A stretch of DNA of 64,000 nucleotides from contig VBFR01000183.1 in the NCBI GenBank assembly GCA_005889345.1, positions 1,315 through 65,314 of the forward strand, in the 5' to 3' direction. This DNA comes from Chloroflexota bacterium. Lineage in GTDB: Bacteria; Chloroflexota; Dormibacteria; CF-121. Positions 44,806 through 53,807 of this stretch are shown here, one piece after another. The notes beneath the pieces are model-generated. The model worked only from the letters and a program-made list of their open reading frames with translations. It was not told the DNA's origin and ran no database searches. A program made the translations under genes and the position numbers. Position 1 is the first letter of the stretch; each line of letters starts with the position of its first letter.

Positions 44806-46023
44806 ATGAGCGATCTGCCGCGCGTAGCTCGGTTGTATGTGGTCGGCGTGCTGCTGGCTGCGCTGATCGCCGGCATGGCGGGAGTCCTGCTGGCGCCACC
44901 ACGGCTCGGGCTGGCGCCCATCGCGCTGCTGCTCCTGTTATGTGCCACGATCGCCCAGCAGTTCAAGGTCAAGAGCCCCAAGCACCAGTCGTATTACACG
45001 ACAACCATCTTTTTCTTTGCGGCGGCGGCCCTTTTGCACCCCGGCTACGTGGTCGTCATCGTCCTCGCGGCTCATGCGGTGGAGTGGCTGCGGGTCCGCA
45101 CCCGCTGGTACATCCAGGCCTTCAATGTGGCGAACTTCCTCCTCTGCTCGATGGCGGCCGGCGCCATCTTCGGCCTCGGCCAGTCGGGTCATGGCAGCGG
45201 CCGTGCTGTCTTGTTCGTCGCGCTGGCCGGCGTGGCCTTTGTCGGGCTCAACCACCTGCTTACCGCCCTTGTTATCACGTGGGCGCGCGGTGTTCCAATC
45301 TCTCGAGCGGGCACCCTGGATTGGGAGAACGTCGGCACCGACCTGGCATTGATGTCGGTTGGCGCCCTCGGTTCGCTGCTGTGGCTGACGAATCCGTGGC
45401 TGGTGCCGCTCTGCCTCGGCCCCCTCTTCTTGATCTACCGCTCGCTGCTGGTTCCCAGCCTCAGAGAAGAGGCGCGCACGGATCCGAAGACCGAGCTGGC
45501 CAACATGAAGCACTGGAACCAGCTGGCACAGGCCGAGGTCGAGCGCGCCCGCCGCTTCGGTCGACCCCTCAGCGTCGTCCTGGCCGACGTCGACCTACTC
45601 CGCGACATCAACAATCGGCATGGGCACCTGGTGGGGGACCAGATGATCCGACGAGTGGCAGACGCCATCCGGGCGGCACTACGCGAGTACGATGTGCCCG
45701 CCCGTTTCGGCGGCGACGAGTTCGCCATCCTGATGCCGGAGACCACCCTTGCTGAAGCCATGGCGGTGGCTGAGCGGATCCGGCGGGGAGTCGAGTCGAT
45801 CGCGCTCAAGATCGCGGATGGCTCGAGCCCGGCGGCCACTGTCAGCGTCGGAGTCGCGCTGTTCCCCGGCCACGGTCGAACCGCATCGGACCTGCTCGCG
45901 GCAGCCGACCGCGCCGTCTACCAAGCGAAGGCATTGGGTCGCAACCGTGTCTGCGCATTTGCCGACCCCCATGCCGAGCGCCTGGTGCGGATTCCGGTGG
46001 CAGCGCGGCGCGAAGCCAGCTAG
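44806..46023 (+). CDS. diguanylate cyclase (GGDEF) with N-terminal polytopic membrane domain
   Basis: GGDEF motif in RFGGDEFAIL, plus HGHLVGDQMIRRV. Confidence 0.85.
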   Translation: MSDLPRVARLYVVGVLLAALIAGMAGVLLAPPRLGLAPIALLLLLCATIAQQFKVKSPKHQSYYTTTIFFFAAAALLHPGYVVVIVLAAHAVEWLRVRTRWYIQAFNVANFLLCSMAAGAIFGLGQSGHGSGRAVLFVALAGVAFVGLNHLLTALVITWARGVPISRAGTLDWENVGTDLALMSVGALGSLLWLTNPWLVPLCLGPLFLIYRSLLVPSLREEARTDPKTELANMKHWNQLAQAEVERARRFGRPLSVVLADVDLLRDINNRHGHLVGDQMIRRVADAIRAALREYDVPARFGGDEFAILMPETTLAEAMAVAERIRRGVESIALKIADGSSPAATVSVGVALFPGHGRTASDLLAAADRAVYQAKALGRNRVCAFADPHAERLVRIPVAARREAS

Positions 46024-46334
46024 CTGGACTTCTTGGGCCGCCGACTGCTCCTGCGGTCCGCGTGCGCGCGCATGAAGGTATAGGTCTTCTCGGCCGCGTA
46101 ACCCTTATGGACGGCGTCCTGGATGCGCGGCCAGAATTCTTCCTTCACCCAGTTACGCGCCACCAGCACCTCGACGCCCGCGAGGCGAAGGTCGCCTTTC
46201 TCCAAATCGGACGTCGTATCGCCCCGTTGCAGGGAGCGCACAGCGTCGAGGCTCAGGTTGGGAAGGAGCCATCCGTGCGGGATGAGGACCTCGGCCTGCC
46301 CGCGCGGCTCGTCTGGCACGGTGCAACTGTACAA
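46020..46334 (-). CDS. hypothetical small protein (104 aa)
   Basis: Convergent 4-nt overlap with the GGDEF gene; coding-like composition. Confidence 0.4.
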   Translation of the reverse strand: MYSCTVPDEPRGQAEVLIPHGWLLPNLSLDAVRSLQRGDTTSDLEKGDLRLAGVEVLVARNWVKEEFWPRIQDAVHKGYAAEKTYTFMRAHADRRSSRRPKKSS

Positions 46335-46369
46335 CGGCGGCCGCCCGCCACGTAACGTATGCTGCTGAC

Positions 46370-46795
46370 GTGCCGGTGTTGAAAACGATTCACGTGCTGG
46401 GCGCGATCTTCCTGCTGGGGGGCGTCAGCACGCACGTGTTACTGCGGCCGATGGCGGCGCGCGCGGCCGATGTCGCGCAGCACGCGCTCTACCAGTTCGC
46501 CTGGCGGGTGCAGCTGGCGCTCGTCTACACCGGCTCGGCGCTGGTGCTCATCACGGGTCTGCTGATGTGGATCGGCCGTTTCAAGCTCTTCACCGGCTGG
46601 CTCCTCCTCGGTTTCCTTCTCTATGTGGCGGCCGCCGGCCTGGATGGCGCCTTTCTGGCCCCCAACCTGCGGCGCGCGCGCGGTGCGACGGGGGAGGGAT
46701 CGGCCCCGGTGGCAGCAGCGGCAGTGACGATCCAGCTGGTCGCCTGGTTGCTGCTCGTCGTCGTCGTCTTCCTCATGGTCGCGCAGCCCTTCTAG
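46370..46795 (+). CDS. small polytopic membrane protein (DUF2269-like)
   Basis: Four hydrophobic helices; HVLGAIFLLGG. Confidence 0.5.
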   Translation: MPVLKTIHVLGAIFLLGGVSTHVLLRPMAARAADVAQHALYQFAWRVQLALVYTGSALVLITGLLMWIGRFKLFTGWLLLGFLLYVAAAGLDGAFLAPNLRRARGATGEGSAPVAAAAVTIQLVAWLLLVVVVFLMVAQPF

Positions 46796-46799
46796 GCAC

Positions 46800-47387
46800 T
46801 TGGCGCCGCTCGGGCCGATCACGCTGACGGGGAGCCACATCCGATTGGAGCCGATGCGTCCTTCGCACGCGCCGGCCCTTCTCGAGGCCGGGCGCGATGA
46901 GGGCATCTGGACCTGGATGCCGGCCCGTCCGCTGACGGCGGAAACGATGGACCGTTGGCTCGAGAAGGCGATGCATGCCGAGTCCCAGGGTCGCGAGTAC
47001 CCCTTCGTTGTCGTCCGCCTCGTGGACAACCGGGTCATCGGCAGCACCCGGTACCTCGACGTCCAGGGGGACGATCGGACCGTCGAAATCGGCTGGACCT
47101 GGTATGCGCCGGATGCCTGGGGCGGCGTCGTCAATCCCGAGGCGAAGTACCTGCTCATGCGCCATGCCTTCGATGACTGGCACGCCATCCGGGTGGCGTT
47201 GAAGACCGATATCAACAACCTGCACTCCCAGGCGGCCATCAAGAAGCTTGGCGCCCGCTACGAGGGGACGCTTCGCAACCAGCGCATCCGTCCGGACGGG
47301 AGCTATCGCGATACGGTGATCTTCTCCGTGATCGAGAGTGAGTGGCCGGCGGTCAAGGCCGGGCTCGAAGAACGCTTGCGCGCCTAG
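46800..47387 (+). CDS. GNAT N-acetyltransferase (RimJ/RimL-like)
   Basis: IGWTWYAPDAWGGVVNPEAKYLLMRHAFDDWHAIRVALKTDINNLHSQAAIKKLG. Confidence 0.7.
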   Translation: MAPLGPITLTGSHIRLEPMRPSHAPALLEAGRDEGIWTWMPARPLTAETMDRWLEKAMHAESQGREYPFVVVRLVDNRVIGSTRYLDVQGDDRTVEIGWTWYAPDAWGGVVNPEAKYLLMRHAFDDWHAIRVALKTDINNLHSQAAIKKLGARYEGTLRNQRIRPDGSYRDTVIFSVIESEWPAVKAGLEERLRA

Positions 47388-47899
47388 CTCTTCCCGCCGT
47401 TAAGGACGCGAAGGCCTGCTGGATTCTCTTTAGCTGGCGAATTTTCGGCCGCCATCTCGAGTGGCAGGGTCATCGTGGACGCACTCGCTTTTTCCCTCCT
47501 CCGCTTGCCGGGCCCGTCGGCCCACGCGAGCGGCGCTCGGGGCGTCGCCCCACGCGAGTGGCGCTTGAGTGCCACACGAGCGTTTGAGACGTTAGTGCCA
47601 GGCGAGCGTTTGAGACGTTCGGGGAGGGTCAGGGAGGGGGTTGCCTCAGCGGGAAGGTTCGGGCTGGGCGCTTCCTTGCGCCGCGTCCGATAGCCGCTGG
47701 CGACCTTGGCCGTCGCCGCCTGGGCGGCTGCGATCACCTCGGAAGCAGACACGTCCGGGTTGGCGAGCGCCTCCAGATCGAATGGGACCATTTCGCTGAC
47801 GCAAATCTGGCGCTGCGGGTCGATGATCACGACCGCGACAAAGGGCTCTTGACTTGTGATGCTCGGATGGATCTGTGACCACGGAATGACATTGCCCAT
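47384..47899 (-). CDS. hypothetical ORF; only the first about 85 codons look credible, and the 3' part runs through a MITE-like repeat
   Basis: The N-terminus MGNVIPWSQIHPSITSQEPFVAVVIIDPQRQICVSEMVPFDLEAL is preceded by the conserved 23-nt palindromic motif. Residues beyond about 85 are encoded by the repeat at 47491-47640. Confidence 0.35.
   Translation of the reverse strand: MGNVIPWSQIHPSITSQEPFVAVVIIDPQRQICVSEMVPFDLEALANPDVSASEVIAAAQAATAKVASGYRTRRKEAPSPNLPAEATPSLTLPERLKRSPGTNVSNARVALKRHSRGATPRAPLAWADGPGKRRREKASASTMTLPLEMAAENSPAKENPAGLRVLNGGKS
47491..47640. repeat. MITE/REP-like palindromic element, copy B (with internal duplications)
   Basis: TTTCCCTCCTCCGCTTGCCGGGCCCGTCGGCCCACGCGAGCGGCGCT...GCGAGCGTTTGAGACGTT x2...CGGGGAGGGTCAGGGAGGGGG; homologous to 29857-29952. 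Confidence 0.7.
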
Positions 47900-47915
47900 G
47901 ACGGGAGCCTAACCC

Positions 47916-47938
47916 GCCGTTTTGACAGCTGTCTGTCG
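47916..47938 (-). promoter_or_regulatory. conserved 23-nt palindromic motif CGACAGACAGCTGTCAAAACGGC (core TGACAGCTGTCA), about 17 nt upstream of the 47899 ORF start
   Basis: Identical 23-mer, in the same orientation relative to its gene, at 55991-56013 upstream of rmuC. Confidence 0.5.
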
Positions 47939-47943
47939 CAGCG

Positions 47944-50900
47944 TCAGCCGCTCGGGACTTCCTCTTCGACCTCGTCGCGGCTGGACCCGTTGGCCTGCGC
48001 CTCCTCAGCGGAGGCAGGAACGAGCGAGGGGCCAGGCAACCGGATGATGGTCCAGTCGTCGGCCTTCTCGGCGCGGTCGGCGAGCGCCTCGTCCTTCGAG
48101 AACAAGATCACCTGGTGGTCGAGGCGGCCGAGTTCGTTCATCGCCGCGGTCAGACGGCGCCGGTCGGCGTGAACCAGCGCTTCGTCCAGCAGCAGAGGCG
48201 GTGGCTCCGCGTTTCCGCCGATAATGCGCGCCAGCGCCAGCCGCTCGAGCAGGTAGATCAGGGAGCGCGTGCCCAGGCTGAGGTTGTCGACATCCTTATA
48301 AGTCCGCTGGTCCTGCGTGCGGACCTGCAACGCGAGGTCTTCGCCGATGCGCACATCGCGATAGCGGCCGTTCGTGATGGGGGAGAGCTGACCCTGGAGT
48401 TGCGACTTCAGCCTGGGGATCACGGCCCGCCGCACCGATTTCGCCGCGGCTTCGAGCGTTTCGATGGCGAGGTCGTAGGCGTGGGCCTCGGCCTCGAGCT
48501 CCTGCAGCTGTTCGCGGGCGGTTGCGATCTCCTCCTCGAGGGTGGCCACGTCCCCGATCTGGGTCAGCCGATCGTTCAGTAACTCCTCCGCCCGCGCCCG
48601 TTCCTCCTGGGCGCGCTCCTTCGTACCGCGGTGCTGGTCGCGCTGCCGTTCGAGCTCGGCGAGTGGCAACGCCGCGAATTGCGCCACCGCGGCAGGGTCC
48701 ACGCTCCGGCTGGTCTCCTCGAGCTGGCGCGTCAGGTCGTCGACGAGCTGTCGCAGCGACGCCCCTTCGTCGTTGGCAGCGGTCCCCCGTTGCGCTTCCA
48801 GCTCGGCGAGGCGAGCGCTCGATGCGCGGTAGGCCTCGGCATGACCGACGCCGGCCTCCCAGGCCTGGGATGCGCGCTCCATGTCGGTGTCGTCGATGCC
48901 GGCCGGCGTGTAGATGGCCGCGAGCTGACGAGCGTAGTCATCGGCTTTGGTGCGCTCGGCGACCGAGCGCTGTCCCGGCGCCCGGAGTTGCTCCAATTGC
49001 GCGTCGAGCTGCTCGATCCGGGTGCGGACCTGCTGGGCGGTGCGCGCGGCCTCGCAACTCGCGATGAAGTCGCGGGCGGCACCGAGCGCCTCCCGCCGGT
49101 CGAAGCCCAGCTGGTCGAGCAGGCTGTGCAGCCGCTGCCGAAGCGACTCGCGTCGCTGGTCCAGCTCGGATTCGGCACGGGACGCATCCTGTGACCGCTC
49201 GCTGGCGGCGTTCCAGGCGAGCGTGTCCTGGGCGAGCGACTCGATCTCACGCGCCGTCTCGTCGACGGCCTCTTCGGTGGGCGCGGGCTGCGGAAGTCCC
49301 CACGACCCGACCAGCTCGCGAAGGCTGCGACCCGCAATCTGGGCCCGCTCCTCCAGCTCGGTAGCCTGGCGGTCGAGTTCGAGACGGGTGGCGTCGTAGC
49401 GCACCTTCTGCAGGTGCTCGACCAGGGCCTGCTGGAGTTCCGCTGAGCTTCGCACCCCCCACGGCTGCAGGATCTCGCGCCGTTTGATGCGAGCCTCGTC
49501 TTTCGCCCGCAAGCGGCGGTCGACCTCACGAACCGCGGCCCCACGGACCCAGATGCCGATGCCCGTCGAGAGGACCCCCATGCCGAGCAGGAAGAACGCG
49601 GCGCCGGCCAGCAGAATCGTGCCGTTGCTCTGGAGCGCGAGGAAGGCGACCAGGATCGCGAGTGCTGTCAGCAGAAGGCCGCCCAGCATCGCGCCGAGGA
49701 AGGTGCGCTGCCGGCTGCGAGCCCGCTCCGCCATCGCTTCCTCGCGTCGCATCGCCTCCTCGGCTTGCTGGCCGGTCTTGATGACGTCGGGGACTTCCTT
49801 GTAGCGGGCGATGTCGTGCTTGAGCTGCTCGAGGCGTGGTGGGAGCTCGGCGCCGGCGCGGCGGCGTGCCTCGAGGGCGACGTTGTGGCGCTCCCGCCAT
49901 TCGGAGAAGACGCGCTGGAACTCCATCTGGCGCGCGGGCCAGTCCAGGTTGTTGCCGATCAGGCCCGGGTGCCGCTCCGCGATCCGGCGAGCCTCCTCCG
50001 CCGCGGTCTGGGCGCGGAGGTGGACGTCGGGCGCCTGGGTATCGGCGACATTCAGGGTGGAGAGAAGCTCACGAACCGTGGGTTCCTGGGCGAGGGCGGC
50101 GTCGTCGATGCCACGGGCTCGCGTTTCGTGCCCCTGTGCCTCCGTTTCCAGCTTCTGGCGCTCGGCGTCCAGCTGCTGCACCTGGGCCGTGCTGTCGGTG
50201 GCGCGACGTTCGAAGTCGGCCTGGGTCTCGCGAGTAGCCCGCAGGTGGCTCCGCAGGTCCTGAACCTCTGCCTGGCGGTCGAGCGGGAACATCGCGAATC
50301 GGGTGTGCTGCTCCTGCCGGCCGCGTTCCTCCGCGATCGCCTGCTCCAATGCGTCGACCCGCTCCAGCCGGTGACGCGCATCCTGCAGCCGGGATGCCAG
50401 CAGGGCGGCCTCGAGCGTTTGGACGATGCCCAGCTCGGCTTCGGTGAGCGCCGAAACGGTCTCCCGCTTCTGGGCGAGCTCATCGACCGCGGCGCGAGCC
50501 TGCCGCGCGGCGGCGAGCTGTCGCTCCAGCTCTGTCAGGCGAGCCTCGAGATCGTGCAACGGGCCGGTCCGCCCGCGTGGTTTGCCGATTCGATGGGTCC
50601 GTTCCTGGCGCAACCGGTCGAGAACCTTCTGCGCGGTACGGTCGGGATGCGCCGAATCCGCAAGGGCGATGATCGCCTCCTTGATGGTGCCGGCGTCTTC
50701 CAGGCGCAGCACCTCGCTGCGCGAAATGCACGCGGTGTTGGTATAGATATCGCGGCTGACGCCGAGCAGCTGCCGTCCCACCTGCAATCCGCCCGACGCA
50801 TCGTGGTCGAAGCGGTCGCCGAGCTCGGCACCGGTGCTGATGTCGAAGACGCGAACCGTCTCGGCGTCCAGATCGCGCTCCACGCGGAGCTGCGTCCCGT

Positions 50901-51153
50901 CCTCGAGCACGACGTCGAGGACCAGCCCGAAGTTGCCGCCCTGCCACGGGCGCCAGCGGTCGGCGCGCTCCACCAGCGCCGAATGGGCGCGATCGGCGGA
51001 CTGCAGTCCATAGAGGCCGGTCACGATGGCCTCCTGCAGCGTCGACTTGCCGGCCTCATTGGGTCCGACGACGAGGTTCATCGTCGGCCCGAAGTGCAGC
51101 TCCATGCCGGAAAGCGTGCCGAAGCCCTCGATCTCGATCCGGGTTAAGCGCAC
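47944..51153 (-). CDS. SbcC/Rad50-like AAA ATPase with central transmembrane helices (YhaN/COG4717-like)
   Basis: N-terminal Walker A VVGPNEAGKST, long coiled coils, two or three TM helices (LLLTALAILVAFLAL; LLGMGVLSTGIGIWV), and a C-terminal signature/Walker B region (LLLDEALVHAD). Confidence 0.8.
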   Translation of the reverse strand: MRLTRIEIEGFGTLSGMELHFGPTMNLVVGPNEAGKSTLQEAIVTGLYGLQSADRAHSALVERADRWRPWQGGNFGLVLDVVLEDGTQLRVERDLDAETVRVFDISTGAELGDRFDHDASGGLQVGRQLLGVSRDIYTNTACISRSEVLRLEDAGTIKEAIIALADSAHPDRTAQKVLDRLRQERTHRIGKPRGRTGPLHDLEARLTELERQLAAARQARAAVDELAQKRETVSALTEAELGIVQTLEAALLASRLQDARHRLERVDALEQAIAEERGRQEQHTRFAMFPLDRQAEVQDLRSHLRATRETQADFERRATDSTAQVQQLDAERQKLETEAQGHETRARGIDDAALAQEPTVRELLSTLNVADTQAPDVHLRAQTAAEEARRIAERHPGLIGNNLDWPARQMEFQRVFSEWRERHNVALEARRRAGAELPPRLEQLKHDIARYKEVPDVIKTGQQAEEAMRREEAMAERARSRQRTFLGAMLGGLLLTALAILVAFLALQSNGTILLAGAAFFLLGMGVLSTGIGIWVRGAAVREVDRRLRAKDEARIKRREILQPWGVRSSAELQQALVEHLQKVRYDATRLELDRQATELEERAQIAGRSLRELVGSWGLPQPAPTEEAVDETAREIESLAQDTLAWNAASERSQDASRAESELDQRRESLRQRLHSLLDQLGFDRREALGAARDFIASCEAARTAQQVRTRIEQLDAQLEQLRAPGQRSVAERTKADDYARQLAAIYTPAGIDDTDMERASQAWEAGVGHAEAYRASSARLAELEAQRGTAANDEGASLRQLVDDLTRQLEETSRSVDPAAVAQFAALPLAELERQRDQHRGTKERAQEERARAEELLNDRLTQIGDVATLEEEIATAREQLQELEAEAHAYDLAIETLEAAAKSVRRAVIPRLKSQLQGQLSPITNGRYRDVRIGEDLALQVRTQDQRTYKDVDNLSLGTRSLIYLLERLALARIIGGNAEPPPLLLDEALVHADRRRLTAAMNELGRLDHQVILFSKDEALADRAEKADDWTIIRLPGPSLVPASAEEAQANGSSRDEVEEEVPSG

Positions 51154-51183
51154 GCTGGCCTCACCACGGCCGCCAGGCTGGCG

Positions 51184-52278
51184 TCATTCCTCGAAGGCAT
51201 CGAGGGCGAGCTGCAACGCGCGGCCGACCGCCTGCTCCTCCTGGCGCGACCCCTGCTTGTGGTCAACCAGCTTGCGCACCATTTCGCCCCGACTGGTGAA
51301 CTCCTGCGCGGCGGCCTCGAGGTCGTGCGACACGCGCGACTGGTCGCGAAACTCGAGATAGGCGAAGCCATCACTGCACTCCCGCGAGAGCACCTGCGGA
51401 TCCAGGATCAGCGAATGGGCGCGCTCGCCGGTCAGCGTGGCACGGATGACGGCGCCATCGAGGTGTTTCTCCTCGCGCATCGCTTCGACCGCGTCGCGAA
51501 CGTGATCGATGCTCGTCATGCCGCTGACGTCGATCGTTTCCTGGGCGAACTGCCGCTGGTTGATGTCTTCCAGCAACACCTGGAGGCCGCCATCGTCGCC
51601 GATCGTCAGCAGCGCCGTGCAATGACGTCCGGATTCATTCCACCCGAGCGGCTCCGGGCTGCCGGGATAGGTGATCGACTCCGACCTCCGGGCGTCGTGA
51701 TAGTGGCCGAGCAGCGCGTGACGGAAGCCGGCCTCCTGGACCTGGGCGGGCAGGATGGGCTTGTAGGGGGTCACGTCCTGCGGGACCTGGCTCATGTCCG
51801 AGGCATGGAGCAGGAGGAGGTGCGTGCCGTCCTCGCGCCGGGCGAAATCACGCAGCGGCGCCTCCGGCACGTCCGATCGCATGAAACCCGCGGTCCAGAT
51901 CTCGACGTTCGCATAGCGGTAGGGTCGCAGATCCTCGTGCGTCGCGACCGTGACATTGTCAGGCCAGCGCAGGTATCGGTATGGTGAGCTCGGCACGGCC
52001 GGATCGGCGTGGCCGGGGGCGATCAGGACCGGGAGCCCGGCGTCGCCCAGGGTCTGGACGATGAAGCTTGCAGTGTCGCGCGTGACGTGATCGTGCTCAA
52101 AGAGATCGCCACCGCAGGTGAGCACGTCGGCCTGAGCCTCCCGAGCGCGTTCGACGATCCGTTGAAGGGCCGCCCGAAGATCCTCGCGGCGTCGTTGGGC
52201 GCCGACGCCATAGAGGCGCTCACTCGCGAAGGATCGATCGAGATGCAGGTCAGCGAAATGGAGCAGGCGAAGGGCCAC
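51184..52278 (-). CDS. SbcD/Mre11-like metallophosphoesterase (YhaO-like DNA repair exonuclease)
   Basis: LHFADLHLD...GGDLFEH...calcineurin-like phosphoesterase motifs; sits immediately upstream of the ATPase gene. Confidence 0.8.
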   Translation of the reverse strand: MALRLLHFADLHLDRSFASERLYGVGAQRRREDLRAALQRIVERAREAQADVLTCGGDLFEHDHVTRDTASFIVQTLGDAGLPVLIAPGHADPAVPSSPYRYLRWPDNVTVATHEDLRPYRYANVEIWTAGFMRSDVPEAPLRDFARREDGTHLLLLHASDMSQVPQDVTPYKPILPAQVQEAGFRHALLGHYHDARRSESITYPGSPEPLGWNESGRHCTALLTIGDDGGLQVLLEDINQRQFAQETIDVSGMTSIDHVRDAVEAMREEKHLDGAVIRATLTGERAHSLILDPQVLSRECSDGFAYLEFRDQSRVSHDLEAAAQEFTSRGEMVRKLVDHKQGSRQEEQAVGRALQLALDAFEE

Positions 52279-52416
52279 AAATCCCCCGTAACCACGCGAA
52301 TTGTGCCTGGCGCGATGGCATAAGCAGCGCGAAAGCAGCGCCCATTATAAAGGTTGCGCTGAATTTGTTCCGAATCAGCCGGCGCCGCGATAACAGCATC
52401 TAGACTGAGGGACGAA

Positions 52417-53379
52417 GTGGGCTCGTTCGAGAAGGGGGATCGCGGGGCCCGGATCCTCAAGATCCAGACGCTGCTCCAGGGCAATCCCCACGGTTTGACG
52501 ACCGGCGAGATCGCGCGCCGCAGCGGCGTGAATCCGCGCACCACCTATCGCGACATTCGGGCGCTCGAAGCGATGAACGTGCCGGTCTACGAGGACAACG
52601 GCCGGATCGCGATCGACCCGAACTACTTCGTAGCGCCGGTCAAGTTCACCTTGCGCGAGGCGATGGCGCTCCTCATGGGCGTTCGCCTGATGCACCGGCA
52701 TCGCGACCAGGCGGATCCGGACGTCGCCGACGCCTTCACCAAGCTGGCGGCGGTCCTGCCCGCGCCGGTCGCGGAGTACGTGCACGCCACGGTTCGTCAG
52801 ATGGCCGATCGTCCGTCCAACCCGACGTACTCGCGCGTCCTCCAGACGGTCGCGCTCAGCTGGGCGGGGCACAGGGCGGTGCGCATCTGGTACCCGAGCG
52901 CGAACCACGAGGTGAAGCCGCGCGAGATCGAACCGTATTTTCTCGAGCCCTCGCTGATCGGGCACAGCAGCTACGTGGTGGCGCGCGATCGCGGACTGCG
53001 GGAGATGCGGACCTTCAAGCTGGAACGGATCACGCGGGCCGAGCCAATGTCCGAGACCTATCAGATCCCGCCTGAGTTCGAGGTCAACAAGTACCTGGCC
53101 GGAGCCTGGGGCATCTACCACTCCGGCGAGCCGGTAGAGGTCAGACTGCGCTTCTATCCACCGGCGGCGGCTCGCGTGAAGGAATCGATCTGGCATCCAT
53201 CGCAGAAGCTCAGCGATGGGCCGAGGGGCTCGGTCAACATGACGGTGACGGTAACCGGGACGCTCGAGATCACCCCGTGGATCCTGGGGTGGGGCGACGC
53301 CGTCGAAGTGCTGGCGCCCGCGGACCTGCGCAAGAAGATCAACGAGGTGGGCACGAAAATGGCCTCCCGCAACAAGTAA
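52417..53379 (+). CDS. HTH-WYL-domain transcriptional regulator (PafBC/YafY-like)
   Basis: N-terminal HTH ILKIQTLLQGNPHGLTTGEIARRSGVNPRTTYRDIRAL, and a WYL region AVRIWYPSANHEVKPREIEPYFL. Confidence 0.8.
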   Translation: MGSFEKGDRGARILKIQTLLQGNPHGLTTGEIARRSGVNPRTTYRDIRALEAMNVPVYEDNGRIAIDPNYFVAPVKFTLREAMALLMGVRLMHRHRDQADPDVADAFTKLAAVLPAPVAEYVHATVRQMADRPSNPTYSRVLQTVALSWAGHRAVRIWYPSANHEVKPREIEPYFLEPSLIGHSSYVVARDRGLREMRTFKLERITRAEPMSETYQIPPEFEVNKYLAGAWGIYHSGEPVEVRLRFYPPAAARVKESIWHPSQKLSDGPRGSVNMTVTVTGTLEITPWILGWGDAVEVLAPADLRKKINEVGTKMASRNK

Positions 53380-53383
53380 TTCG

Positions 53384-53420
53384 TTCCCTCCCCCGCTTGC
53401 GGGGGAGGGTAGGGTGGGGG
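53384..53420. repeat. solo palindromic element (TTCCCTCCCCCGC-TT-GCGGGGGAGGG + TAGGGTGGGGG), corresponding to the joined ends of the MITE-like repeat; possible terminator
   Basis: Perfect 11-bp inverted repeat. It matches the 5' and 3' termini of copies A and B. Confidence 0.6.
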
Positions 53421-53440
53421 CATAAAACAGGAGGGACGAA

Positions 53441-53806
53441 ATGAGCGTTTATCAGGTAGTCGCGAAATTGAAGCCCACGAAGATCTGGGAGGGGGTGCTC
53501 GGCCGCGTGGTCAACGGAGAACGGCTCACGATCGGGTTCGTCGACATCGACCCCAACGCGCAGGTTCCGGAACACCGGCACGAGAACGAGCAGGTCGGAT
53601 TCGTCCTCCGCGGTTCGGTGACCATGGTGGTCGACGGTAACGCGCGCGAGCTACGGGTGGGGGAGACCTATACGATCGCCAGCCAGCTTCCCCATTCGGC
53701 GAAGGCTGGGGGGGACGGCGTGTCAGTTGTTGACGTCTTCGCGCCGGTTCGCCAGGACTGGAAGGACAAGCCGACCGTCGAGCCGTTTCCCGGACGCTGG
53801 CCCTGA
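53441..53806 (+). CDS. cupin domain protein
   Basis: AGGAGG RBS; PEHRHENEQVGFVLRGSV...GETYTIASQLPHS cupin motifs. Confidence 0.7.
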   Translation: MSVYQVVAKLKPTKIWEGVLGRVVNGERLTIGFVDIDPNAQVPEHRHENEQVGFVLRGSVTMVVDGNARELRVGETYTIASQLPHSAKAGGDGVSVVDVFAPVRQDWKDKPTVEPFPGRWP

Positions 53807-53807
53807 G

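Noticed and set aside
46062-46355. 97-aa plus-strand ORF
   Set aside because: It overlaps the better-supported convergent minus-strand 104-aa ORF (46020-46334); it is kept only as the antisense alternative.
47384-47640. C-terminal half of the 171-aa ORF 47384-47899
   Set aside because: It is encoded entirely by the MITE-like repeat (copy B); its translation is Arg/Ala/Pro-rich repeat-derived sequence. Only the N-terminal about 85 codons are treated as potentially real.
49765-51147. 460-aa ORF on the plus strand, and other long ORFs inside the sbcC-like gene
   Set aside because: These are antisense to a gene with clear Walker A, coiled-coil and TM features; high-GC artefact.
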